DNA of 33,380 nucleotides from Nitrospinota bacterium (GTDB lineage Bacteria; UBA8248), in the NCBI GenBank assembly GCA_030754595.1, contig JASLZZ010000123.1, forward strand, positions 1 through 33,380. The letters run 5' to 3'. Both the position numbers and the translations under genes were made by a program. This document shows positions 9,919-20,111 of the stretch, piece after piece. A model generated the notes under the pieces. It saw nothing but the letters and a program-made list of their open reading frames with translations. It was not told the origin of the DNA and searched no databases. The stretch's first letter is position 1. The number at the start of each line of letters is the position of its first letter.

Positions 9919-10818
9919 CTATTCAATGGTCCGGGGATCGAGCGCATCGCGCAAACCGTCGCCTAAAAGGTTGAAACCCAGGACGGTGAACATGATGGCC
10001 AGGCCCGGCGCGACGACGATAGAGGCGGTGTCCTCGAGCGAGATGAGATTTTGCTTCAAATCAAAGCCCCACGAAGGGACGGGGGGCTGGGTGCCGAGGC
10101 CGAGAAAGGAGAGGCTCGCCTCGACGAGAATCGCGAATGCGATGGAGAGGCTCGCCGTGACGATAATGGGCGCCATGCAGTTCGGAAGAATGTGCCGGAA
10201 AAGAATATGAAAGTCGGGCGAGGAGACGGCCCTCGCGCCCTCGACATATTCCTTCTCCTTCACGGCGAGGACGCTTCCGCGCACCACGCGGGCGAAGATC
10301 GGTATTCGCACGAACGCCAGCGCGACGACGACGTTGGCGGTGCTCGGTCCGAGGATCACCATGATCAGAATGGCCAACAGAAAGATGGGAAAAGCGAGAA
10401 ACAGGTCCATCAGGCGCATCACGGTCATGTCGAACCATCCGCCGTAATAACCGGCGCAGACTCCGAGAGGTATCCCCACCGTGATAGCCAGGACGATGGA
10501 GCCCAATCCGATGAAAAGGGCGACGCGCGTGCCGTGGATAACCCGGCTGAACATATCGCGGCCGATTCCGTCGGTTCCGAACGGATGCCGCCAGGAGGGG
10601 GTCTGAAGGCCTTCTCCCGCGGGATTCTCGTAGGAAAAAGGCGCTATCCAATCGGCGAAGACGGCCAGGAAGAGCAAGAGGGCGATGATCATCAATCCGG
10701 CCATGGCCGATTTGTTGCGCCGCATCTTGCGCCATAGGATCGCGGACATGCCCTCGAACTCCTGGTCCTCCTCCGTATGCGCCCCGTCGACGCGGGGCGC
10801 TTCCCGTTCAGCTGCCAT
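9919..10818 (-). CDS. Peptide/nickel ABC transporter permease (DppC/OppC-like)
   Basis: HPFGTDGIGRDMFSRVIHG, EYVEGARA, HILPN and EASLSFLGLG. Confidence 0.95.
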   Translation of the reverse strand: MAAEREAPRVDGAHTEEDQEFEGMSAILWRKMRRNKSAMAGLMIIALLLFLAVFADWIAPFSYENPAGEGLQTPSWRHPFGTDGIGRDMFSRVIHGTRVALFIGLGSIVLAITVGIPLGVCAGYYGGWFDMTVMRLMDLFLAFPIFLLAILIMVILGPSTANVVVALAFVRIPIFARVVRGSVLAVKEKEYVEGARAVSSPDFHILFRHILPNCMAPIIVTASLSIAFAILVEASLSFLGLGTQPPVPSWGFDLKQNLISLEDTASIVVAPGLAIMFTVLGFNLLGDGLRDALDPRTIE

Positions 10819-11755
10819 AGCGGATTCTCGGATCGAGGAGAGCGTACGTGAAATCGACGATCAGATTGGCCAGAACGAATACGGTGGATGAGATCAAGAT
10901 AAATCCCATCACCGCGGGATAGTCGCGGCTCGCGATGGCGGAGATGCCGTACTGCCCCAGGCCGGGGATGGAGAATACCGTCTCGATGACAATGGTCCCG
11001 CCGACGAGGAATCCCACCTGAAGGCCCATGACCGTGACGACGGGGATGAGAGTGTTTTTAAGGGCGTGTGTGTTGATGACGAAAAATTCCGATATTCCTT
11101 TCGAGCGCGCCGTCTTGATGTAGTCCTGGCTGATGACCTCCAGCATGGAGCTCCGCACCAGCCGGGTCAGGATGCCCGCCCGGGTGAAGCCGAGGGTGAA
11201 GGCGGGCATGATCATATGCGATAGATGCTCCCAAGCACCGTCGGACAAGGGACGGTATCCCATCACCGGCAACCATCCCAGCTGGAGCGAGAATAGAAGT
11301 ACGAGCAGGATTCCGCCGAAAAACTCGGGGATCGACACGCCCATCATCGCCCCCGTCATGGCCGTATAGTCGATTCCCGTGTAGGGACGGACAGCGGAAA
11401 CGATGCCGGCGGGGATGGCGATGATGAGGGCCACGATCATGGCGCCGGCGATGAGCTCGGCGCTCACCCACAGGCGCTCCGTGATCCGGAGGAGGACCTG
11501 ATCGCCCGAGAGAACCTCCTTGCCCCAGTCTCCCTGGACCAGCCGTCCCACCCAACGAACGTATTGGGTGAGAATCGGCTGATCCAGGCCGTATTCGGCG
11601 CGGATGGATTTCGCGGTCGCCTCGTCGTAAAAACTGCCGAGATAGACCTCTACCGGATCTCCGGGAATCGCCTGCATCGCCAAAAAGACGATTAGGGTGA
11701 TCCCGAAGAGGGTGGGGATCAACAACAAGAGCCTGCGAATAACATATGTCTTCAT
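10808..11755 (-). CDS. Peptide/nickel ABC transporter permease (DppB/OppB-like)
   Basis: YVIRRLL, PGDP, YGLDQP, RSSMLEV..QDYIKTARSKG, HALKN, IETVFSIPGLG and DPRIRY. Confidence 0.95.
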   Translation of the reverse strand: MKTYVIRRLLLLIPTLFGITLIVFLAMQAIPGDPVEVYLGSFYDEATAKSIRAEYGLDQPILTQYVRWVGRLVQGDWGKEVLSGDQVLLRITERLWVSAELIAGAMIVALIIAIPAGIVSAVRPYTGIDYTAMTGAMMGVSIPEFFGGILLVLLFSLQLGWLPVMGYRPLSDGAWEHLSHMIMPAFTLGFTRAGILTRLVRSSMLEVISQDYIKTARSKGISEFFVINTHALKNTLIPVVTVMGLQVGFLVGGTIVIETVFSIPGLGQYGISAIASRDYPAVMGFILISSTVFVLANLIVDFTYALLDPRIRYGS

Positions 11756-11770
11756 GCGTTGCTATTGGCC

Positions 11771-13357
11771 TTACTTATCGAGCCAAACATCTTTCAGGTC
11801 GAAAGCCAGCTTGTTCAGGTATGTCCATCCCTTCACATAGGTTCTCGTCGCCTGGATGTAGGGCGAGCCAGCCAGTCCGGCGTAATAGGCTTTGTCAAAC
11901 ATGTAGCGTTGCATCCTGTGACTGACGGCTTTCTGCTTCTTGCGGTCGAGGGTGGAGCGCCACTCTTCGACCATCGCGTCGAGTTTCGGGTCCTTCATCA
12001 TATAGTAGTCGAGCGGTGTCTTGGAATAGAACGTGTGGCTGTTCGAGTTCGTGTCGAGAACGGGAACGGTGTCCTGGAGCGTCATATCCGTATTCCGCTT
12101 GCGCACGAACAGGGTCACCCATGTCGCCCGGTCCACCACGCGGATGTCCATCTTCACGCCCATCGATCCGTAGGTGGTTTTCATGATCTGCGCGATATCG
12201 ACGAAGGTGGGGTCAGTGTTGTTGATGGTCATGACGAATTTGAACGGCTTTGAAGACCCGAATCCCGCCTCGGCGAGCAGTTTTTTGGCTTTCGCCGGGT
12301 CGAAGGGACACTCCGAGGTGAGATCGATCGCGTCCGGAGAGCCCGGCGCCGAAAATGTCGCCCACGGAATGGTCAGCCCGCGAAGAGCGGTTTTGACGAT
12401 GAGTTTGCGGTTCACCCCGTAGCAGACGAGCGCCTTGCGGACGCGGATGTCCTTCCACGGGCCGCGCTGGTTGTTGATCGGGAAGGCGAAGGTGGTTGCC
12501 GCCTTGCCGGAGTAGAGCTTTACTTTCTTCGAGCGCTTCAGCGTTTTGACAAGTCCCTTGGGGACGTTGAGGATCACGTCGATCTGGCCCGAGCGCAGGG
12601 CGTTCAGCCGTTGGTTGGCGTCCGGCATGTAGTACACCTCAATCCGGTCGAGGTGGGGCCGGTTTTTCAGGAAGTAGCCCTTGTGGCGCTCCATGATGAC
12701 GTGGCGCTTGGGCTTGTATTCCACCATCTTGAAAGGCCCGGCGAAGATGGGGTGTTTCTTGAACTTGTAGCCGGCCTTGTCGTAGGCCGTGGGCGAGACG
12801 AGAATCAGGCGCGTGAAGTAGCCGGCGAGGGCGGGCAGCGTCTGGGCCCGGCCGACTTTCGCCTGATGGATGCGGACGGTGTATTTGTCCACCACATCGA
12901 CCTTTTTGATCTGGTAGAGGTATAGCCGGTAGCTGGATCGGAACTTGAGCTTGGGGTTTTTCTTCTGGGCCTTTTTCAGCCAGGAGGGCACGAGACGGCC
13001 GTTGATCAGGTCGAGGTTCCACTTCACGGCGGCGGCGTCGAGCGGCGTGCCGTCGTGGAACGTCCCTCCCTCGTGGAGTTTGAAGGTGATCGTCAGGCCG
13101 TCGTCCGAGACCTTCCACGACTTGGCGAGGTCGGGCACGATTTCCAGTTTATCGTTGAGCAGGAGTAGCCCCGCGCCCATCGTCTCACGGTAGAATTTGA
13201 TGGGGGTGCCCAGGGCGATGGTCCCGTCCATGTGAGGGATGTTCCCCTCCATTCCGATTTTGAGGGTTCCCCCCCGTTTGGCCGCCTCGCTGTCGGGCGC
13301 GGCCCCGAAAGCAAGAACGGCGATAGCTAACAGAATCACTGTCAATAAACGTTTCAT
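11771..13357 (-). CDS. Family 5 ABC substrate-binding protein (DppA/OppA-like)
   Basis: Signal peptide, KRGGTL, VPDLAKSWKVSDDGLTITFKL...FHDGTPLDAAAVKW, GPFK and AKKLLAEAG; GGAGG RBS. Confidence 0.93.
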   Translation of the reverse strand: MKRLLTVILLAIAVLAFGAAPDSEAAKRGGTLKIGMEGNIPHMDGTIALGTPIKFYRETMGAGLLLLNDKLEIVPDLAKSWKVSDDGLTITFKLHEGGTFHDGTPLDAAAVKWNLDLINGRLVPSWLKKAQKKNPKLKFRSSYRLYLYQIKKVDVVDKYTVRIHQAKVGRAQTLPALAGYFTRLILVSPTAYDKAGYKFKKHPIFAGPFKMVEYKPKRHVIMERHKGYFLKNRPHLDRIEVYYMPDANQRLNALRSGQIDVILNVPKGLVKTLKRSKKVKLYSGKAATTFAFPINNQRGPWKDIRVRKALVCYGVNRKLIVKTALRGLTIPWATFSAPGSPDAIDLTSECPFDPAKAKKLLAEAGFGSSKPFKFVMTINNTDPTFVDIAQIMKTTYGSMGVKMDIRVVDRATWVTLFVRKRNTDMTLQDTVPVLDTNSNSHTFYSKTPLDYYMMKDPKLDAMVEEWRSTLDRKKQKAVSHRMQRYMFDKAYYAGLAGSPYIQATRTYVKGWTYLNKLAFDLKDVWLDK

Positions 13358-13652
13358 GTTCCCTCCTCCCATGTATGAATGGGTTGTAGAAAAGACCGGC
13401 GGATTGGATACCCTCAATCCACGAAATAGATACGTACCGGAATATTGCGGGAATAATAAGTGTTTAGCAAATCATGACCTCTTTTTCCTCCACCTGGCGG
13501 CGCCTCTCTCGGAGAGCCTCATCAAGAGCGCCGAGACACTTTTGAGGCAGCTCCTGCCCAAAAAATCACGGCGCAAAGACGGCTCGGAGATATACTCGAA
13601 GGAAGGACGAAAACGCTGACAATCAGGTTGCTACCGGATGTACTCCCCCCCC

Positions 13653-14171
13653 CTACTCCACCCTCACCCGCGCGCCGGCCCCGATGCCGTTTCTTTTAAA
13701 CCAGCCCTGGTTCGCTTCGAGGGCGTAGCGCGCCGGTTTCCGGGAGCGATAGGTGAGTGGGTCGGCGTTACCCGCGGGCGGGTTCATCCGGATGATTTCG
13801 GTGATGCGCCAACCGGATGAAATAAAGGCGACCGAAAGGGGGATGAGGGCGTTCTTCATCCAAAACGCGCGGGGGCCGCTCGCGGGGTAGATGAAGAGCA
13901 TCCCCGCGCTTTCGGGGAGGCTCGCCCGGTGCATCAGCCCCCGCCGCCGGGCCTCGGGGGTGTCGGCGATCTCGACGGCGAGGCGAACGCTCCGGCTGCG
14001 CCGGGGCTCGCTCCCGGTGATCTTGCCTCGCTCGATGCCGGTCCCGCCCGTTTCGATGCCGGGCACGGTGATAATAACCGCGCCTTTTTTAACAAGAAGA
14101 CCGGGAGGCTGGGCAAAAGATACGCCGGTGAAAACCAAAACCACCAAAAGACCGATCAACAACCGCCGCAT
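13653..14171 (-). CDS. DUF192 family exported protein
   Basis: VEIADTPEARRRGLM, GMLF, FWMKN..IPLSVAFI and YALEANQG. Confidence 0.9.
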   Translation of the reverse strand: MRRLLIGLLVVLVFTGVSFAQPPGLLVKKGAVIITVPGIETGGTGIERGKITGSEPRRSRSVRLAVEIADTPEARRRGLMHRASLPESAGMLFIYPASGPRAFWMKNALIPLSVAFISSGWRITEIIRMNPPAGNADPLTYRSRKPARYALEANQGWFKRNGIGAGARVRVE

Positions 14172-14266
14172 GACGCTCACCTCAATTATTTTTTACGGGC
14201 CTCCAGGGGAGGTTACCGGCTAGGGCCCGGCTACGACGAGGCTGGGACTGGACTGAGAGGCCGGGG

Positions 14267-15148
14267 CTAGAGCACCCGGGTGATCTTCATGTTGAAATCG
14301 AGGGGTGGGGCCGAGCGCACCATCGCGCTCGTGGAGATGTAGTCCACACCGGTGCGGGCGATCTCGGCGAGGTCGCCGCCCTTGATCCCCGAGGCCTCGA
14401 GGATGTAGCGCTTCCCGGTCCGGGAGGCGGCGCCCCGCTCCCTGGCCCGGCCGACCGCGGCCCGGAGGGTTTCGGTGTCCATGTTGTCGAGGAGGATCAT
14501 GTGGACCCGCCCGTCCGCCATCACCTCGTCGAGCTCCCCGAGCGACTGGACCTCGATCTGGGCGTCCACCATGTAGCGCTTTCCCCACTGGGCGTCGACC
14601 GCCGCCCCGATGGAGCCCGCCACCTTGATGTCGTTGTCCTTGATCATATCGCCGTCGAACATGCCGAGGCGGTGGTTCACTCCGCCGCCGACGCGGGCCC
14701 CGTATTTTTCAAAATACATGAGCCCCGGCCGGCCCTTCCGCGTGTCGAGCACCCCCCGGAAGGTTTCGGGAAACTCGCCGACCCGGCTCACGGTGCGCGC
14801 TGTGTGAGTCGCGATCTCGGAGACGTAGGAGAGGATGTTCAGCGCCGTCCGCTCGGCCTTGAGGAGTATCTGGGCGTGCCCGCGCACCACGGCGAGCAGG
14901 TCTCCGGGGTGGATGGCATCGCCGTCCTCTTTTTCCCGGCGAATATCGACGGGCGCGGGGCTGTCCAGGGCGAGGAGGCGCTGCGTCTCCTCGAAGATAA
15001 CGCCGAGGAAGGGCCCTCCGGCGAGGATGCCCTCCGACTTCGCCCGAATCTCCGCCTCAGAGACGGGCTCGCTCCTCGCCTCGATCTGAAAGGGCGCATG
15101 GCCCAGATCGTCGAGTAGCCACTCCCGCACTCTCGCCCGAATATCCAC
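14267..15148 (-). CDS. nadC: Nicotinate-nucleotide pyrophosphorylase (quinolinate phosphoribosyltransferase)
   Basis: AERTALN, LDTRK, GGGVNHRLG, IKDN, IEV, ILLDNM, EASG and GVDYIS; lies downstream of nadA. Confidence 0.92.
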   Translation of the reverse strand: MDIRARVREWLLDDLGHAPFQIEARSEPVSEAEIRAKSEGILAGGPFLGVIFEETQRLLALDSPAPVDIRREKEDGDAIHPGDLLAVVRGHAQILLKAERTALNILSYVSEIATHTARTVSRVGEFPETFRGVLDTRKGRPGLMYFEKYGARVGGGVNHRLGMFDGDMIKDNDIKVAGSIGAAVDAQWGKRYMVDAQIEVQSLGELDEVMADGRVHMILLDNMDTETLRAAVGRARERGAASRTGKRYILEASGIKGGDLAEIARTGVDYISTSAMVRSAPPLDFNMKITRVL

Positions 15149-15246
15149 CCGTTGTATCCTCTTCCGTTATTGAGATTTATTTGGGGTGCCCGGACAACGT
15201 CCGGGCCGCAACCTGCGGCTGGGCCATGTCGGCGTCCGGGGCGGCG

Positions 15247-16365
15247 TCAGCCGATTGAAATCATCCGCTCGATGGGGACCTTCGCCCGCTCGGCGAGATC
15301 GTGGTCCACCTCCACCTCATGCACCATGTCGCGGAGCGATATGTAGAGATTTTGCAGCGTGTTCTGCTTCATGAAGGCGCACAGGGCCTCGCGGCTCGCC
15401 GGAACGAGCGTCTTCTCCGGGGCCGCCTTCGACATCGGATAAAGGTTGCCCACCTCGGTCGCCACGATAATGGTTTCCTGGGGCACCTCCCGGACCAGCT
15501 TCACCATCCCCTGGGTGGAGCGGAACTGCAAAAGATCCTCGGGGACAAGCCCCGTCGTCACCTGGCGCATGCAGGCGCTCGTGCAGCCGCACTCGGGGTG
15601 CACCACCACCGCCGCCTCGGGGTGGAGGCGCATCTGCTCGTTGACGTGGTGCGGGCGGATGGCCTCGTGCACATGGCAGGCGCCCAGCATCAGCCAGAGC
15701 CGGTCGAGCGGGTAGCCGCTCTTCTCGATGAACTTGGCCGCGAAAAAACCGAGAAAAACATCGGGGAGAAACAGGATCGGCTGATCGGGGTCGGAGTGGG
15801 TGAGGACATGCTCGAGCACCATCGCCGCGTTCGCCGAGGCGCAACAGTAGTCGCTCTCGGCCTTCACGTCGAGATAGGTGTTCACGTAGCTGATCACCAG
15901 CCCTCGCGGGTGATTAGCTTTCCACTCTCGGATTCGCTCGGGGTCGGCGTGGGCCGCGAGGGAGCAGACCGCCCCGAGGTCCGGCGCGAGCACCGTCTGG
16001 TGGGGTTTCTTCATCGCGGCGAGAATCTGATTCATGAACAGGACCGACGGCTCGCAGAGGACATCGGCGTCGGACTTCGCCCCCTCCCGCGCCAGGAAAA
16101 GGGAATCGCCCACCGCGTCCGATACGTCCTGAATGTCGCTCTGGACGTAATTGTGCGAGAGGACGATGGCGTTGCGCTCGGTTTTGAGGCGCATGATTTC
16201 CTTCTTCAGGCACTCGCGCTCTTCAAGCGGCGTGGAATCCGGATCGGCCTCGGGCGGAATCTCGGGAATATCGATCGTCGGGCCCAGGTCCACCTGATCC
16301 AGCATGGAAATGGCTTCTTTGGCGGGAAGGATTTCGCCGGCTACGACCTCGTCAATACTTGCCAT
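15247..16365 (-). CDS. nadA: Quinolinate synthase
   Basis: NAIVLSHNY, GDSL.LA, CSLA, YVNT, FLPD, CHVH, HPEC, ATEVG and CAFMK; GGGAG RBS before MASID. Confidence 0.93.
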   Translation of the reverse strand: MASIDEVVAGEILPAKEAISMLDQVDLGPTIDIPEIPPEADPDSTPLEERECLKKEIMRLKTERNAIVLSHNYVQSDIQDVSDAVGDSLFLAREGAKSDADVLCEPSVLFMNQILAAMKKPHQTVLAPDLGAVCSLAAHADPERIREWKANHPRGLVISYVNTYLDVKAESDYCCASANAAMVLEHVLTHSDPDQPILFLPDVFLGFFAAKFIEKSGYPLDRLWLMLGACHVHEAIRPHHVNEQMRLHPEAAVVVHPECGCTSACMRQVTTGLVPEDLLQFRSTQGMVKLVREVPQETIIVATEVGNLYPMSKAAPEKTLVPASREALCAFMKQNTLQNLYISLRDMVHEVEVDHDLAERAKVPIERMISIG

Positions 16366-16710
16366 TACGGTATTTCTCCCGGCCTTCGTCGAGGAAGGCA
16401 TTAAATATAACGGCCGTACGAAGATAAACAGCGACCCAGGCGGCATACTTGAAGAAGAGAGAAGGGCCCCTTCTAAAGGCGTAAAAATATTCCCCGCACG
16501 AATTCACGGGCAAACTTATTACAGTTTACAAGGGTAAAGTTACGAACACAACAAGAGAACGGGGATTCAAGGGAATTTCGCCCGGCGGGACACCCCATTT
16601 TTCAGTCCAAGGGGGCCGCCCACCCTTGGGAATTGCCCTTTAAAGTGTTAAACCGGGCCTATCCTTGGAACATTGACCAGTCCCTTTTTCCCGAAATGGA
16701 GGAAGCGCCG

Positions 16711-17097
16711 GTGAAAGAGTCCGAAAAATTCATGCCCATCAACACGGACGAGATCGAATGGCAGGACGGCGAGGAGATCCTCGGGCTTCCGCCCGGCCTC
16801 CAGGCGAAGATCATCGCCGAGGCCTCCGACGAGGTTTCCGAGCGGGTCGATAAATTCGTTCGCTTTCCTCCCGGATACACCGAGCCTAGGCACGAACACG
16901 ATTACTACCACAGCACCCTCGTCCTCGAAGGCGAGATGCACGTGGCCGGCAAGGTGCTCAATCGGGGAGATTATGTGTACGGCGGCGGCGCGGGTAATTG
17001 GCACGGCCCCTACAACTACCCCGTCGGCTGCATGGTCTACTCCGCGGGGCGGGCGAAGAAAATGAGCCAGATCCACCGCCAGGAAGACGAGGAATAG
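16711..17097 (+). CDS. Cupin domain protein (ChrR-like)
   Basis: RFPPGY.EPRHEH, VLEGEM, GDYV and WHGPY; GGAGG RBS before GTG 16711 (ATG 16732 is an alternative). Confidence 0.85.
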   Translation: MKESEKFMPINTDEIEWQDGEEILGLPPGLQAKIIAEASDEVSERVDKFVRFPPGYTEPRHEHDYYHSTLVLEGEMHVAGKVLNRGDYVYGGGAGNWHGPYNYPVGCMVYSAGRAKKMSQIHRQEDEE

Positions 17098-17149
17098 CCG
17101 GCCTCGAAGAGCAGGCATATATCCCATTTGCCTGGAGGGAGACCACCAG

Positions 17150-17962
17150 ATGAAAAAATGGCTACTCATCGGCGCAGTTGTATTGGTCATCGTTATCGGC
17201 GGCTCTGTATTTTTTCTCATCTCCTCTCTCGACTCGCTCGTCGCCGCCGGGGTGGAGAAATTCGGCTCGGAGATCACCCGGACCCGGGTCCGCCTCAAGG
17301 AGGCGAAGATCTCCATCACCTCCGGCGAGGGCGCCCTGCGGGGGCTCAGCGTCGGAAACACGAGTGGATTCAAGACTGAATACGCCCTGCGCCTCGGCGA
17401 AATCAGCGTCAGCCTCGACACCGACACGATCACCCAAAACCCCGTCGTCATCAAGAAAATCGTCATCGCCTCGCCCGAGGTCATTTACGAGCTGAGCGAA
17501 GGAGGCAGCAACATCGACGCCATCCAGCGGAACGTGAACGCCTACATGGCGAAATTCAAGAGCGCCCCGGCCGAGCAGAAAAAAGCCGGCGCGGGCGATG
17601 GGACGAAACCCATCATCGAAAATCTCTACATCCGCGGCGGCAAGGTGAACGTCAGCGCGGGCTTTCTTCAGGGAAAAACACTGGGCGCGGGTCTCCCCGA
17701 CATTCATATAAAGAATATCGGCAAAAGCCAGGGCGGCGCTTCGCCCGGCGAAATCGCCGAGAAGGTGATCAGTTCCATCCGGCGGCAAACCACCAAGGCC
17801 ATCGTCCCGCTCGGGCTCGACAAACTGGCCGGCGCCGCCAAGGCGGGGATAAAGGGCGCCGCGGAGATGATAGAAAAAGGCGCGAAAGGGGCGCTCGGCA
17901 GCCTTGAAAAGGGAGCGAAGAGCGCCGGGGACGCGCTCAAGGGTCTCCTTGGTGGTAAATGA
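17150..17962 (+). CDS. Membrane-anchored AsmA/DUF748-like protein
   Basis: N-terminal TM anchor followed by an AsmA-like beta-strand pattern (G.LRGL.VGN, VVIKKIVIASPEV.YE...SNID); GGAGG RBS. Confidence 0.75.
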   Translation: MKKWLLIGAVVLVIVIGGSVFFLISSLDSLVAAGVEKFGSEITRTRVRLKEAKISITSGEGALRGLSVGNTSGFKTEYALRLGEISVSLDTDTITQNPVVIKKIVIASPEVIYELSEGGSNIDAIQRNVNAYMAKFKSAPAEQKKAGAGDGTKPIIENLYIRGGKVNVSAGFLQGKTLGAGLPDIHIKNIGKSQGGASPGEIAEKVISSIRRQTTKAIVPLGLDKLAGAAKAGIKGAAEMIEKGAKGALGSLEKGAKSAGDALKGLLGGK

Positions 17963-19164
17963 GTACCGAACCGGAGCCGGGTAAATCCCTTGGCCCCGCC
18001 CCCTGGGGGGCGATGGGCATCCTGTTTCTCGTTCACTTCGTCGTGGACTCGCACGCGACGTTTTTCGCACCGCTGATCCCCCTTCTCCGCGAGAAATTCC
18101 AGTTCACCCTGGCGACGGCGGGAATTCTCATTTCGATCCAGTCGCTCACCAGCGCCGTGAGCCAGCCGCTGACCGCGCTGATGGTGGACCGCTGGCCCCG
18201 GATGCCGTGGCTGGCGGTGGGGATCGTCGGAACCTCGATCGCTTTCACCGCCTTGGGTTGGTCGCCGGTTTTTTGGGGTGTGGCTGCCGCCATTCCCGCC
18301 GGGGGGCTGCTCTTCGGCCTGTGCCATCCGGACATGGGCGCCCGCGCCGGGCGGCTGAGCGAGGCGCACGCCAGCCTGTCCGTCAGCGTATTCGTCACCG
18401 GAGGGCGGATGGGTTTCGCCCTGGGTCCCATCATCGTCCTCGGGATCGCGACGCGGCTGGGCATGGAGTGGCTCTGGCTATATGTTTTCGTCGCCCTCGG
18501 AACGATGGCGCTAATCGTTTGGGGACTGCCCAAGCCTCCGGGGCCGAAGGATAAAAAAAAGAGCGCCGCCGGAGGGGTTTGGGCCGCGATTGTCCGGGTG
18601 CGCAAGCCGATCTCCCTTCTTTTCGGGCTCGCCATCGTACGGTCGGTCATCATGGGAAATCTCAGCGGGTTCCTGCCCACCCTTTTCGTGGACGCGGGGA
18701 AGGGACTCTGGAGCGGCGGCTTCGCCAGCACCGTTCTTTTCACCAGCGGGGCGGTCGGCGTCATGGCCGGCGGGATATGGGGGGATCGCATCGAAAAGCG
18801 CTCCGTCATAGCCTTCGGCATGGCCATCGCCCTGGCGGGGATGATCGCGTTTCTCGTTTTTCCGCTCGATTATGCGTTTTTCTCCCTGGCCGTCATCGGC
18901 CTGGGCAATTTCATTCCGATGGGCGTCTCCGTCGCCCTGGCCCAGAAAACCCTGCCGGACCACAGGGCCTTCGCCAGCTCGCTCACCCTGGGCAGCGGTT
19001 GGCTGATAGCGAGCTTCACCTCGGCCCCGATTGCGGCGGCGGCGGAGCACTTCGGGCTGATTCGGGTTTTTTGGATCCTCCCGGCCGCTCTCGCGGCGGG
19101 CGTCGTAATCGCCCTGATGCTCCCCCGGGAGAAACCCGGATTTGCCCTGCCGGCCCAAAGCTGA
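17959..19164 (+). CDS. MFS transporter (Fsr-like)
   Basis: About 12 TM segments; HFVVD, QPL, CHP, GGRMGFALGP and GGIWGDRI; ATGA overlap with the previous gene. Confidence 0.9.
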   Translation: MSTEPEPGKSLGPAPWGAMGILFLVHFVVDSHATFFAPLIPLLREKFQFTLATAGILISIQSLTSAVSQPLTALMVDRWPRMPWLAVGIVGTSIAFTALGWSPVFWGVAAAIPAGGLLFGLCHPDMGARAGRLSEAHASLSVSVFVTGGRMGFALGPIIVLGIATRLGMEWLWLYVFVALGTMALIVWGLPKPPGPKDKKKSAAGGVWAAIVRVRKPISLLFGLAIVRSVIMGNLSGFLPTLFVDAGKGLWSGGFASTVLFTSGAVGVMAGGIWGDRIEKRSVIAFGMAIALAGMIAFLVFPLDYAFFSLAVIGLGNFIPMGVSVALAQKTLPDHRAFASSLTLGSGWLIASFTSAPIAAAAEHFGLIRVFWILPAALAAGVVIALMLPREKPGFALPAQS

Positions 19165-19205
19165 AACCATTTCGCAATCGTTAATCTTTCGCACTACGGG
19201 GACCA

Positions 19206-19698
19206 TGGACGAAAAACTGTATGGATACGAAAAGTCGGAGGTGATGGGGAAGAACTTTGATTTTATGTTGACCGAAGATACCAGTAACGATTATTCGTTC
19301 GGAAAGCAAATGCGCACCACCGGAAACCCGGTTCATTTCGACTCTTATCGCCTGGGAAAAGGCGACAAGCGGATACCCGTAAATATCGCTTTGTCTCCCA
19401 TCAAGGACCAGGCCGGGAATATTATCGCCACTAGCAGCATCCACAAAGACCTTACTCAGCAAATCGCGGCCGAGGAGGAAATCAGGTCACTGAACGCCGT
19501 TCTGGGAAAGCGGGTAGAAGCCAGAACCTCCGGGAAGCGCTACCGGAAGTGAAAATCATTTTTGCCAGCGCCTACAGCGAGGATGATAGCCGCGCCCGGG
19601 GGTTACTCAGAAGCGGCGACGTCTATATCACCAAGCCGTTTGAACTGAATGAATTGCTGGCCAAGATCCAGGAAGTCCTCAAAACGCGCGGCGGCTAG
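19206..19698 (+). pseudogene. Remnant of a hybrid sensor kinase: PAS-PAC fragment joined out of frame to the C-terminal half of a receiver domain
   Basis: One frame reads EKLYGY..SEVMGK...IPVNIALSPIKD..G.II......KDLT...EEEIRSLN..L.KRVEART; a second frame (19528-19698) reads LREALPEVKIIFASAYSE...YITKPFELNELLAKIQEVL*. Confidence 0.85.
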
Positions 19699-20111
19699 AA
19701 CCTGAAATTCTTGTGGCACTCCAGGCACGCGGCCTGAAGGCGGGCAAGGGCCGTGATCGATTCGGCCTGGCTTTTCTTTTTGGCGAGGGCCGCCATCTCG
19801 CCGGCGCGTTTTTCGAGGCCGCCGGCGAAATTCCGAAACGAACTGTCGTCTTCGTAGTTTTCGATCCGGGGCAGCAGCCGGGCCGTTTCCGCGATCTCCC
19901 CGAGGCGCTCGCTAATCTTGTCGGAGGGCGCCTCGTCACCCATCTCCTGAACGGGAAAGATCAGCAGGGAATTCACCACCTCGGTATAGGCGCCCTCAAT
20001 CCGGCTCATCACCTCGCCCACTTCAATCTCCTGGGAGCCGCCCGGCGCGGGAAAGACCAGGACGAGCGCCACAGCCGCCACAACCGCCGCCACGGCGAAA
20101 TTTTTCACCAT
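19695..20111 (-). CDS. Class II cytochrome c (cytochrome c'-like four-helix bundle)
   Basis: Signal peptide, helical body and a C-terminal ACLECHKNFR heme motif; start uncertain (20111 or 20165). Confidence 0.85.
   Translation of the reverse strand: MVKNFAVAAVVAAVALVLVFPAPGGSQEIEVGEVMSRIEGAYTEVVNSLLIFPVQEMGDEAPSDKISERLGEIAETARLLPRIENYEDDSSFRNFAGGLEKRAGEMAALAKKKSQAESITALARLQAACLECHKNFRF

Noticed and set aside
13575..13619. KDGSEIYSKEG peptide resembling the thiC tail [11 protein letters not shown]
   Set aside because: The match is short, nucleotide identity is modest and the flanks are unrelated; probably coincidence.
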